Source: a virus. Taken from it: DNA of 64,000 bases. Each line of letters begins with the position of its first letter. The stretch's first letter is position 1. Location: the IMG/VR virus record IMGVR_UViG_3300023179_000054, positions 28,408-92,407 of that record; one strand, 5' to 3'. Made by a program: the position numbers and the translations under genes. The notes under the pieces were generated by a model. The model searched no databases and was not told where the DNA came from. It saw only the letters and a list, made by a program, of their open reading frames with translations. This document shows positions 18,283-26,980 of this stretch, piece after piece.

Positions 18283-18693
18283 CTATTCTTCTGGATATCT
18301 CTTCTTACCTAATGAATACTTGGCAACCAAGTTCCATTCATTCTTTTCGGAATAAGAAATAATTTTAATCCTATTTAGAGGTGTAAGTGGTTCAGCACTC
18401 TTGTTCTTATCAACAAGATTAACTAATCCCCACTCCGCTAATAGATTGGCAATAGTATTTCGACGGCCCCTATCTTCCTCCGAGAAGTCAGTAGGTTTAC
18501 CGTCGAGCATAAACATTTCTTTGAAATGTACCAAATAATAATGACCTTGTTTGTGTAGAATGTGACATGACTGATAGAGTGTTTTATCCTTTTTGGATGC
18601 CACACCTATTCGCGTCAGTGTCTCTTTTACCTTTAAGAAGGCCTGTGGATCAGGTAATTTTACCTCCACGAAGTCGTCTAGGTTTACTGTCAT
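18283..18693 (-). CDS. regA: translational repressor RegA
   Basis: FLKVKETLTRIG, LYQSCHILHKQG.YY.VHFKE and RRNTIA.LL..WGL. Confidence 0.95.
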   Translation of the reverse strand: MTVNLDDFVEVKLPDPQAFLKVKETLTRIGVASKKDKTLYQSCHILHKQGHYYLVHFKEMFMLDGKPTDFSEEDRGRRNTIANLLAEWGLVNLVDKNKSAEPLTPLNRIKIISYSEKNEWNLVAKYSLGKKRYPEE

Positions 18694-19066
18694 TTGTCCC
18701 ACCTTTATGAATTCGTTTTTTTATTTCTTCTAATTGGGCATCGTTCAGTAAAACCAGTACCTGTTTCGCTTTATCATAAGAATAACCATAATATTCCTTG
18801 ACGGCCTCCAAGTTATCTGAGGTTTCACGTTTTACCCATTTACTATATGGTCTTTTATACCCACGGATAGTATTTAGGAGATATTGATATTGAAGAGTTC
18901 CAGGAAGATTGGGATACAAATTCATCTGGTTGGCTTGTAAAGCACAATCGTAATGGAACGACAACGCTTTATTTATGATATATCCCTGGTAGTCCTTTTC
19001 ATCCTCCAGAACGTATTGCTTGTTCTGGAGGATTGAAGGTATAATATCTTTGAATAGGTCAGCCAT
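18650..19066 (-). CDS. gp62: clamp loader small subunit
   Basis: IINKALS...D, QY.YL...IR..KR..KW.K and VKEYYGYS..KA; synteny with regA. Confidence 0.9.
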   Translation of the reverse strand: MADLFKDIIPSILQNKQYVLEDEKDYQGYIINKALSFHYDCALQANQMNLYPNLPGTLQYQYLLNTIRGYKRPYSKWVKRETSDNLEAVKEYYGYSYDKAKQVLVLLNDAQLEEIKKRIHKGGTNDSKPRRLRGGKIT

Positions 19067-19872
19067 TAGAATAATGTTCCTGAGTTTTCTGTTTTAGCGT
19101 TAGCACTATCAATACGCTCTTTGGCAATTTTGAAATATTGTTCTTCAAACTCAATACCGATAAAATTTCTATTACAGTTAACCGCAGCAACACCTGTGGT
19201 ACCTGAACCCATGGTATTATCTAGAACCGTTTCACCTTCATTAGAAAAAGTTCGGATAAGATATTCACAAAGAGCAACAGGTTTCTGAGTGGGATGTATG
19301 GTGTTATTCTCACCTTTAAATTCCAATATCTCATTAGGATAGTTGGTATATTCCTGTGTATAGGACGCATCCGTTAAAAGTTTGTTATTCTCTCCTAGAT
19401 TGTGTCTTTGTCCTATAATTTTACCTAGACGTTTCTCATTATTCTTTTTTTCTACACGTTTTGGAATTAGACCTTGAGGATTGTAAGTTATATTTCCTTT
19501 ATTTCTACTGGCCGCCGCAGCACCACCAGGAGAAAACACCAAAATATCTTCGGTGCATTTCATAGGTCTATAGTTGGCAAGGAGAAATCCTGTTGTCTTA
19601 TCTTTCTTCCATATAAATTCAAACTTGAACCATTCAACGTTTGAAGCAACAAGTAAAGAAGAAAAAGGTTGGTCGGCAAACAATACAATTGCACCGGTTT
19701 TTGTGATAATTCTTTTATATTGTTCCCATAAAGGAGCAAATGGGATAACTGAATCCCATTTGCATCTTGTAGTGCCGTAAGGTAAGTCACATAAAATGAG
19801 TTCTACCGAATTGTCCGGTATCTTCTCCATTTCATGCAAACAATCTCCGTGGTACAGCATCACTTGTTTCAT
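19066..19872 (-). CDS. DNA amino-methyltransferase (N6A/N4C, beta class)
   Basis: GDCL, DLPY, HPTQKP and VLDNTMGSGTTG. Confidence 0.92.
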   Translation of the reverse strand: MKQVMLYHGDCLHEMEKIPDNSVELILCDLPYGTTRCKWDSVIPFAPLWEQYKRIITKTGAIVLFADQPFSSLLVASNVEWFKFEFIWKKDKTTGFLLANYRPMKCTEDILVFSPGGAAAASRNKGNITYNPQGLIPKRVEKKNNEKRLGKIIGQRHNLGENNKLLTDASYTQEYTNYPNEILEFKGENNTIHPTQKPVALCEYLIRTFSNEGETVLDNTMGSGTTGVAAVNCNRNFIGIEFEEQYFKIAKERIDSANAKTENSGTLF

Positions 19873-20497
19873 TAATAGCACCTTCTAGTGTTTTATATAC
19901 ATAGTTCACATAGTTGGCAATCATATCTTTATCATATCCTGTTTCATACCAATTCACAGATTTTCCGTTAACTTTTTTACCTCGACGGCGACCTGTGATG
20001 GAAAACATATTGATACGATCTCCATACCCTTGCGTATAGTCACAAGTATTAACAATTTCTGGTTTGATATCGATACAGTAACCTACAAGACAAAATTGCA
20101 CGTTTTTAGACAACTTGGATGGGCAAGACAACATAATGTTACGAATAACTGCCCTCTTTAAAGTATAAAAAGGTTTGTCTACCCAAGCACGATCTTCTTG
20201 AAGAAAGGCTAACTTTCCGTTTACGCAAATGTGTTGATCTAATCTCTCATCACTAAAACCAATATGGTCAGACTTAATATAAGATTTACTCCAAACGATA
20301 TTTGAGTCTGGATATTTTTCTTCAAGGAGTTTTATAACAGATTTAAGAATATATTCGGAGGTGTGTTCGAGAGATGGCCCCGAAAAACCTTTAAGTTCAG
20401 TTTTAGTAAGTCCCTTACCTTTGGTAAATTCATTAGAAAGGAACTTTTCACTCTCAGTTACGATCTTGGAAAGATCATTTTGGAATGTATTTGTCAT
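19832..20497 (-). CDS. hypothetical protein, possible PD-(D/E)xK restriction endonuclease
   Basis: E...D(QHI)...QEDRAWVDK resembles a nuclease core with K replaced by R; overlaps the MTase start. Confidence 0.45.
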   Translation of the reverse strand: MTNTFQNDLSKIVTESEKFLSNEFTKGKGLTKTELKGFSGPSLEHTSEYILKSVIKLLEEKYPDSNIVWSKSYIKSDHIGFSDERLDQHICVNGKLAFLQEDRAWVDKPFYTLKRAVIRNIMLSCPSKLSKNVQFCLVGYCIDIKPEIVNTCDYTQGYGDRINMFSITGRRRGKKVNGKSVNWYETGYDKDMIANYVNYVYKTLEGAINETSDAVPRRLFA

Positions 20498-20498
20498 T

Positions 20499-21434
20499 TT
20501 ACTTTACCTCACATTCAACCATCATTTCAGTTAGACAGGCCACTAGGTTGATTTCTTGGTCTGCCACAAATGCCGCTTGATACTGATATTTTCCTATAAT
20601 CACAACAGCATATGGTATAGTATCAGGTTTTAGATACTCTGTCAACCCATCATATACATCTCGGAAGATTTTTGCTGGATCAACATCGGAATTATTAACA
20701 ACCCACTTACGCATAGCACCAAAGTCTTTTTCCTTTAATGCCTTGATAAGTTCTTCGAGTTTTCTTACATTGTCAACCTGAGCAAGAACGCCAGCATCAA
20801 TAGTTCCGCCAGAAGAATAACGTTGTATCTCGTTGAGAGTTCTTCGGTAATCTGGGAAATACCTCGAAACAATCTTTCCCAATACGTTAGCATCGTATTC
20901 AATTCCCTCTGTTACTAATATTGTTTTTAGTCTTTTAAACATCTCCATTGCCATCTTGGCCTTCTCATCACCTTTAAGTGAGAAGTCAACAACGGCACAA
21001 CGAGAATGTAGAGCATCAATCAATCTTGCCTTAAAATTACAAGTGAAGATAAAGGAGCAGTTCTCACTAAACTCCTCGATTGCTCCACGCAGGCCCGCCT
21101 GTGCCTCTGGTGTAAGATAGTCGGCCTCATCAAGTATGATAACCTTACGACCACCTGTAAGGGAGATAGTTGAGGCATATCCTTTGATCTTGGTTCGCAA
21201 CATATCAATACCACGTTCATCAGAACTATTGATAAAGAGATGATTCAAACCAAGTTCTTCACACATAGCCTTGGCAATTGTAGTCTTGCCGCAACCGGCA
21301 GGACCAGTTAGCATTAGGTTGGGTATATTACCCTCTTTCACATAATCCTGAAATACCTTTTTGATACGATACGGCAGGATGGTGTCCTCGACCTTATGAG
21401 GACGGTATTTCTCACATAATAAAAATTCACTCAT
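20499..21434 (-). CDS. gp44: clamp loader ATPase subunit
   Basis: EKYRP, GPAGCGKTT, ILDEAD and SRC. Confidence 0.95.
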   Translation of the reverse strand: MSEFLLCEKYRPHKVEDTILPYRIKKVFQDYVKEGNIPNLMLTGPAGCGKTTIAKAMCEELGLNHLFINSSDERGIDMLRTKIKGYASTISLTGGRKVIILDEADYLTPEAQAGLRGAIEEFSENCSFIFTCNFKARLIDALHSRCAVVDFSLKGDEKAKMAMEMFKRLKTILVTEGIEYDANVLGKIVSRYFPDYRRTLNEIQRYSSGGTIDAGVLAQVDNVRKLEELIKALKEKDFGAMRKWVVNNSDVDPAKIFRDVYDGLTEYLKPDTIPYAVVIIGKYQYQAAFVADQEINLVACLTEMMVECEVK

Positions 21435-21730
21435 TAAGATGCCGTCTTTTCCATAATAGTGGTGTAAAACTCTTCAAAGTCCGTATTCTCTTGGACTTCT
21501 TCTTTAAAGTTAGCCTTGAAATAGGCCCGCGACATACGGCGGAATAATTTCTTATCAATACCGAGTTTGTCGGCAACCTCATTCGTGGTTTCTTTTTGTA
21601 GTTCTCTCTCAGCACCAACACGGGTCATGGAGTCATTCATTTCCAATACTGCCTTACGGAGGATTTTGCGGTCTTCATCTGTAAGACCTTGTACCGACCT
21701 TTGCTGCTGATTATGTCCCATCATACTCAT
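21434..21730 (-). CDS. dsbA: T4 DsbA-like dsDNA-binding protein
   Basis: helical pattern LGIDKKLFRRM...Y.K.NF.EE..E...FE..Y like T4 DsbA. Confidence 0.7.
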   Translation of the reverse strand: MSMMGHNQQQRSVQGLTDEDRKILRKAVLEMNDSMTRVGAERELQKETTNEVADKLGIDKKLFRRMSRAYFKANFKEEVQENTDFEEFYTTIMEKTAS

Positions 21731-21915
21731 TAGTCCACCTCAATAATCATACCGGGGTTAATACATTCATACTTTAAGACACCTCTAACGGATACGCCGC
21801 CGGCGTCTTTACATTTACTTTGATGGTCTGTAGCAGAGAATATCATAAAGACAAACAAAGATACAGAACAACCAACAAAAAACATAACAACCAAATCGGT
21901 TATTCTACTCATCAC
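21730..21915 (-). CDS. small membrane protein
   Basis: one hydrophobic segment then C..AGG......C. Confidence 0.6.
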   Translation of the reverse strand: MMSRITDLVVMFFVGCSVSLFVFMIFSATDHQSKCKDAGGVSVRGVLKYECINPGMIIEVD

Positions 21916-22568
21916 TTTGTTTCCTGAGCGATGAAATACTTTAGATTGCCGGCCTTATTAACAAACTTGGCAAAGGCACCAATCTGTAGTTCAACATCAT
22001 AATCATCAGGAATAAGTTTAAGGTTCTCGCTCTTGAATGTAGCAATAAAGTCCTTACCAGCATAATCACCGATCTTTGTAGAACCATGGTTGGACGTGTC
22101 ATTTGCTTTCTCATGGATCTGAAGCAATAGGGCACCATCCTTACCAACTACAGATAGATGTGGAAGGTTATTCATTCTCGCCAAAGTTAATAGACGGGAA
22201 AGAGAAGCATTAGCCAAGGTAAATGAAACATCAACATTCTTGATTGTTAGTTCCTTATCGGCAGGCGGTGTGATAATAAGGTTAGGTGAACAAGCAAGGT
22301 AAGTCAATGTGAAATCACCCTCGGTCATAGATACAGAATCCTTACCGAATGAGATTTCAGGATTCTTTAGTGTAGTAATATTACCGAGAAACTGGTTCAG
22401 GTCATAGATACCGAACTGTTGTGGAATATCATCTTCAAGAGTTGCCTCAAGTAGAATGGAACGTTCCGATGACATGGTCTTTTGAACTTTGCCAGCATTA
22501 AGAACAACGCCACTATTAATGTTAGAAAAGTTTTTAAGAACCGTTAAGGTATTTTCACTAAATTTCAT
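21912..22568 (-). CDS. gp45: sliding clamp
   Basis: MKFSENTL.VLKNFS.IN, FGIYDLNQFL and ENLK...DY. Confidence 0.95.
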   Translation of the reverse strand: MKFSENTLTVLKNFSNINSGVVLNAGKVQKTMSSERSILLEATLEDDIPQQFGIYDLNQFLGNITTLKNPEISFGKDSVSMTEGDFTLTYLACSPNLIITPPADKELTIKNVDVSFTLANASLSRLLTLARMNNLPHLSVVGKDGALLLQIHEKANDTSNHGSTKIGDYAGKDFIATFKSENLKLIPDDYDVELQIGAFAKFVNKAGNLKYFIAQETK

Positions 22569-22584
22569 ATTATACTCCTTATAT

Positions 22585-23178
22585 TCACAGTGTATGCATT
22601 ATTTTATATTGTTTTTCATGTTGTGTCAAGATGATTTTTACATTCTCTTTTAGATCGTCTTTTGTTCCTTCGTTATGAATAACAAAATCTGGATCATAAT
22701 TGTTCCAAGCTGTCTCTGATATATGCATCTTAGAAATTTCTTCTGGAGAAGGATCATCACCTCGTTTTACACGAATGAGTATGCCGCCGGCACTCCGAAT
22801 AAAATCAATTTCATTAGGAAAACGGCAGTCGGTGATAACCACATCTTCATATCCGTGAATACGTTTTTCTAATGCCGCAATCCAGATGTTATCTGCGATT
22901 CCATGCCGACATGCTTCTGTGCCAAATTTTTGTAGGATTAATCTTGGTGTTACTTCATAACCGAGTTTATGTGACCACCAAACATCAACTCTCTCACGGA
23001 AGGCCCGTGAGGCATTCGTGTCACCTTCTAAAAGGCCTCGCGGCCACAGGAAGATACCTGCAACCGCGTCCTTTAGAGCATCAGCAAAGGCAAACTTTTT
23101 ATAACCATGTTCTCTTTCGAGAATATCACCTACTGTGCCTTTGCCGGATCCTATGAAACCGACAACGCCGATTATCAC
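22585..23178 (-). CDS. gp1: deoxynucleoside monophosphate kinase
   Basis: GFIGSGK, FADALK, R..LQ.FGTE, DCRF.NE and HISE. Confidence 0.92.
   Translation of the reverse strand: MIIGVVGFIGSGKGTVGDILEREHGYKKFAFADALKDAVAGIFLWPRGLLEGDTNASRAFRERVDVWWSHKLGYEVTPRLILQKFGTEACRHGIADNIWIAALEKRIHGYEDVVITDCRFPNEIDFIRSAGGILIRVKRGDDPSPEEISKMHISETAWNNYDPDFVIHNEGTKDDLKENVKIILTQHEKQYKIMHTL
22601..22629 (-). promoter_or_regulatory. sigma70-type promoter TTGACA-17-TAAAAT for the gp45 operon, inside the 3' end of the kinase gene
   Basis: hexamers and spacing read directly. Confidence 0.6.
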
Positions 23179-23981
23179 CGCAAATTACCGCTCAATGCTG
23201 CTACTGCGGGAAGATCGCCTTGGAATCCATATGTACCAACGTGGGTCGTCTTCATCCATGGGCACAACCAAACTTTCATACCAATTGCTCTGGCATTTTG
23301 ACAGAACATATAATCTTCTGAAAGATAACGATGTGAGGCAGGATCAATTACCGTATCAAAGTAAGCATGAATATAACGTGTGCCATCAAAGTTGGCCTGA
23401 CCAACGTGGTCTGGCTTATAATGAAGGTGTGGATATTCTTCAGCATATTTCTCGAATACTTCACGTTTTACCATCATGAAACCTGTGCCAATTTCCATAA
23501 CCTCAACTGGTTCGGTTACCTTGAATGACTTTGTACCAGGAACAGGATTAAAAACGAAGTCGCCTGTAACACCATCAAGCATACCAGGATTAAATTCAGG
23601 ATTTTCAGCATTACGCTTAACGGCATTAACAATATTATTCCAGTTAATTGATTTCTTAGGATAAGGGCCGCCGATGATATCACGGTCAAGTGCCAATAAT
23701 GCTAAAACATCTTGTGGATTAAATTGAATGTCGGCATCGATGAATAGTAGATGGGTACAACCAGAACGGAGGAACTCATCAACAAGATAATTTCGGGCGC
23801 GGGTAATTAGGGACTCATTAAAGATAAATGAGAAACGGCATTCCATGCCATATTGGATACATGTTGCTTGAAGGTCGAGGCAGGCTTTAGAATACAAACC
23901 GAAACACTGGCCTCCATAACAAGGTGTTGCTACAAATAATTTTTTTGTTCGCAATTCTTCGGTTGAAATTTTAATTTCCAT
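23175..23981 (-). CDS. conserved phage glycosyltransferase-like protein
   Basis: ATPCYGG, RARN, LFIDADI (DxD), GTGFM and LSEDY.FC; likely start MEIK at 23981. Confidence 0.7.
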   Translation of the reverse strand: MEIKISTEELRTKKLFVATPCYGGQCFGLYSKACLDLQATCIQYGMECRFSFIFNESLITRARNYLVDEFLRSGCTHLLFIDADIQFNPQDVLALLALDRDIIGGPYPKKSINWNNIVNAVKRNAENPEFNPGMLDGVTGDFVFNPVPGTKSFKVTEPVEVMEIGTGFMMVKREVFEKYAEEYPHLHYKPDHVGQANFDGTRYIHAYFDTVIDPASHRYLSEDYMFCQNARAIGMKVWLCPWMKTTHVGTYGFQGDLPAVAALSGNLR

Positions 23982-23993
23982 AATGTTCTCCAT

Positions 23994-24027
23994 AAACAAA
24001 AAGGGACGTGGCGAGAGCCACATCCCT
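23994..24027 (-). terminator. intrinsic terminator
   Basis: AGGGATGTGGC-TCTC-GCCACGTCCCT stem followed by TTTTGTTT on the minus strand. Confidence 0.75.
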
Positions 24028-24051
24028 ATATAGCATACTTTTTAGAAAGTA

Positions 24052-24273
24052 TTAGTTAGCAAGGCGGTAGAAAGCCGTGCGCTTACCATCAACCATGCGG
24101 TAGTTGGTGTAGATGTTGTAATACTCACGGAGATCCGCAACACGCTTAGAAACGGACTCACGAGGAACGCGGGCAATACGAGCAACGGAATCAGCGGTGA
24201 TACCAGCGCCTGTGTTATGCTTTAGAAGGACGTTCTCGATCTTTTCAATTTGTGTCTTACGAGCTGTAGCCAT
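24052..24273 (-). CDS. small basic putative HTH DNA-binding protein
   Basis: IT...VA....VP..SV.KRV.DLR pattern; has its own promoter and terminator. Confidence 0.6.
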   Translation of the reverse strand: MATARKTQIEKIENVLLKHNTGAGITADSVARIARVPRESVSKRVADLREYYNIYTNYRMVDGKRTAFYRLAN

Positions 24274-24349
24274 TATATATTTCTCCATACATAGTTTAAT
24301 TTCGTCGTTTAGTGGGATGATACCCTGCTATAATGCCGACGATTTATAC

Positions 24350-24378
24350 ATTATAGCAGGGTATTGGTGTAATGTCAA
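24350..24378 (-). promoter_or_regulatory. perfect sigma70 promoter TTGACA-17-TATAAT (extended TG)
   Basis: read directly. Confidence 0.85.
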
Positions 24379-24386
24379 GCTCTATT

Positions 24387-24785
24387 TTAATCTATCCAAA
24401 CATCAGTGACACCTTTATATTCATCATCAGGAGCCCTTTGATGTCCGAACAATCCGGTTTTTTCAGATTTCTTTTTTCTTGGTAAGATAAACTCAATAGT
24501 ATAAGTTTCCTCAAAATCAATAGCATATTCAGGAATAGGATCTTGTCCTGAATATGTTTCCATATCTTTGGCAATCCACTTCCTTGCTTCTTCGTAGCAA
24601 GTAAAATATGCTTTATTATCTCCATATCCATACCGAACAATATACTTATCTTTTTTACCGGTACAATACCTGTTTCGACGTTTTAGGTACCATTCATCTT
24701 CTTGTTCGGTATTATTTTCATTTACCTGAGATTGGAGAGTTTCTACAACTTCTTCCAATTTAGAAATGATTTCACTTGTTTTCAT
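24387..24785 (-). CDS. hypothetical protein
   Basis: 132-aa ORF overlapping the endonuclease stop. Confidence 0.6.
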   Translation of the reverse strand: MKTSEIISKLEEVVETLQSQVNENNTEQEDEWYLKRRNRYCTGKKDKYIVRYGYGDNKAYFTCYEEARKWIAKDMETYSGQDPIPEYAIDFEETYTIEFILPRKKKSEKTGLFGHQRAPDDEYKGVTDVWID

Positions 24786-25338
24786 TACAACTTTCTCCGT
24801 GTTTCCATTTTACATAATTTGATACATCAATCATTCTATTACATACAGGACATAACTTTTTTTCTCTTTGTTTCAGTTTTCTTCCTTTTATTGGAGAAGG
24901 GCGACCTTTTAGGGCCGTTGTTCTGGCCGGTACTCGGTTAGCAAATCTATTTTTCACCCATTCTTCATTTTGAGGTCCTCTCGGTCCTCGCATTTTATCT
25001 TTTGACTTTTCGGAATGTCCTTCACAAATAAACTTATAAGAACTTCCTTGTCTCTTATTTAACCAACGGTCTGACCTTATAACATCTAATTTGGTTAAGA
25101 CTTTATCTTCCCATTCCCGACATTCTTTTTCTGTTAAGAATGTCTTTCGGATTTTTATAACATCAGGTTCGCCGTATTCTTGTCTAAACTTTTTTACCTC
25201 TGCGGAAGAAGTGAAGTAGGTATTCCAAAGATTGGAAGGGTTGGCAACTTTTACAACACTCCCGTATTCTGCTCCGTAATACCATTTATTGTGGATGGAC
25301 CAACCGATAAGGTAGGTGTAAGGGGTATAAATAGACAT
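24772..25338 (-). mobile_element. free-standing GIY-YIG-variant (Seg-like) homing endonuclease
   Basis: PYTYLIGW...WYYG, Y.TSS, conserved E and WLN, then NUMOD3-like HSE.SK.KM and a C-terminal CxxC. Confidence 0.75.
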
Positions 25339-25402
25339 GCTGGTCTCCTAGCCGAGATTAGAGTAGGTGGGATTGCCGTCCGTGACCTACATGTCTATTT
25401 AG
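25339..25402 (-). promoter_or_regulatory. late promoter CTAAATA plus structured leader of the homing endonuclease
   Basis: CTAAATA at 25396-25402; GTAGGT/ACCTAC hairpin; TCTC/GAGA pairing over the SD. Confidence 0.6.
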
Positions 25403-25415
25403 TATTCCTCATTTT

Positions 25416-26606
25416 TTAGAACGAAACTTCTGTTTCAGGAGTAGCAATAGGTGATGCCTCTGTCACAGGATCCACGGTCTCATCCACTTTACGGTACAAC
25501 TCTAAAAAGGCATTCTTTGTATCAATATCAAAACGATTAAGGCACAACTCAATAGCCTTTACTTTATTTTGATTAAAGATAGCATATGCCTCGCAGATAT
25601 GGACAAGACGGCGAGTTGAAATAATTTCACTCAAAGCACCTTCATAGAAGGATTTACGGATAACATCTGCCCAAGTAACCAACTTATCAACAAACTCCGT
25701 GTTTTCAATACCAGATGCACCAAGGACATTATTAAGGATTTTAGACTCGATTTTAGCAGCAGGATATTCCTGTTCCATTGTAATAGAGAAACGCTCAAGG
25801 AACGCTTCATTCATAACGTTGGTGCCAATAAAGCGACCATCATCAGAACCTTTGCCTTTAGTATTAGCGGTGGCAACGATATTGAAACCTGCGGTTGGAT
25901 GAACCACACGATTAGTCTTTTTTAGGTAAACTGCTTTACCTTCGAGGACTGGTTGAAGGCACATAAGTTTATTTGAACCGAGGTCAACTTCGTCCAAGAG
26001 TAGTAAGGCACCGCGTGACATAGCAGTAATAACAGGGCCATCCTGCCATACTGTTTCACCGTTGACAAGGCGGAAACCACCGATAAGATCATCTTCATCC
26101 GTCTCAATTGTAATATTAACACGAACCATTTCACGCTTTTCAGCGGCGCAGATTTGTTCAACCATCATAGTCTTACCATTACCAGAAAGTCCAGTAATAT
26201 ATGTTGGATAAAACTTTTTAGATTTAACAATAGAACGGACATCGGCAAAGTGTCCGAATGGAACATAACCAGTGGCCTTTTCAGGAACAAGTGAAAGTTC
26301 CGCATTTGTTGCAACAACTGAAGGCGCAACCATAGCAACGGCAGTTTCAGGAATTACAGGTGCAGGTGCAGCAACTTTTACCTTAGTTGTTTTAGTTGCA
26401 ACTTTTGGAAGGTCGGCGCCATGCTCAGGAAGAGAATAGATACCACGGCCAAGTTTACGGGCAACATCATTTAGGATCCAGTTAGGTTTATCTAGACCAT
26501 ACTTGTCGCAGATTTGAAGAACCTGCGGACGGGTGATTGAGCGAATAGCACCGAACTCAAAACGAATTTTTTCGAGGAATTCGGTACGATCAATCTTCTT
26601 AGCCAT
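25416..26606 (-). CDS. CobS-like / MoxR AAA+ ATPase
   Basis: GLSGNGKT, DDLIGG, LLLDEVD, TANTKG and EAFLERF. Confidence 0.9.
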   Translation of the reverse strand: MAKKIDRTEFLEKIRFEFGAIRSITRPQVLQICDKYGLDKPNWILNDVARKLGRGIYSLPEHGADLPKVATKTTKVKVAAPAPVIPETAVAMVAPSVVATNAELSLVPEKATGYVPFGHFADVRSIVKSKKFYPTYITGLSGNGKTMMVEQICAAEKREMVRVNITIETDEDDLIGGFRLVNGETVWQDGPVITAMSRGALLLLDEVDLGSNKLMCLQPVLEGKAVYLKKTNRVVHPTAGFNIVATANTKGKGSDDGRFIGTNVMNEAFLERFSITMEQEYPAAKIESKILNNVLGASGIENTEFVDKLVTWADVIRKSFYEGALSEIISTRRLVHICEAYAIFNQNKVKAIELCLNRFDIDTKNAFLELYRKVDETVDPVTEASPIATPETEVSF

Positions 26607-26643
26607 TACATCTTTTCCTTTCAAGATTTCTCATTATATATGG

Positions 26644-26672
26644 ATTATAGCACAAGGAACCGTCGGTGTCAA
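26644..26672 (-). promoter_or_regulatory. perfect sigma70 promoter TTGACA-17-TATAAT
   Basis: read directly. Confidence 0.85.
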
Positions 26673-26980
26673 CCTCTAAATGGTTTGTAAACAGACTTGT
26701 TTTCCTTCTTCTTCTTTTTATTGTAAGCCTTTTTGATTTCCTCAGGGTATGTAAACAAGCACAGGTCGGCACTCGTACCTTCCCAAGGTTCCCACCGTTT
26801 TACAAGTGATCGACTAACCTGCCTATCATATGCGTCAGTACCATACGTTAGATAAAATAAACCAAACTTATTCATAGGATACCATATACGGCGAAAGCGC
26901 CAATAGTTGGTTTCATAGTTATCATCCAACCATCTGGCATACCGGCCATGGTCTCGATCAGGAGATTTATATTGTTTCAT
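26669..26980 (-). CDS. hypothetical protein
   Basis: 103-aa aromatic/basic ORF between the VWA and AAA genes. Confidence 0.6.
   Translation of the reverse strand: MKQYKSPDRDHGRYARWLDDNYETNYWRFRRIWYPMNKFGLFYLTYGTDAYDRQVSRSLVKRWEPWEGTSADLCLFTYPEEIKKAYNKKKKKENKSVYKPFRG

Noticed and set aside
25416-26606. Cobalamin biosynthesis auxiliary gene (cobS)
   Set aside because: Generic MoxR-type AAA with a VWA partner; no CobN or other cob genes present.
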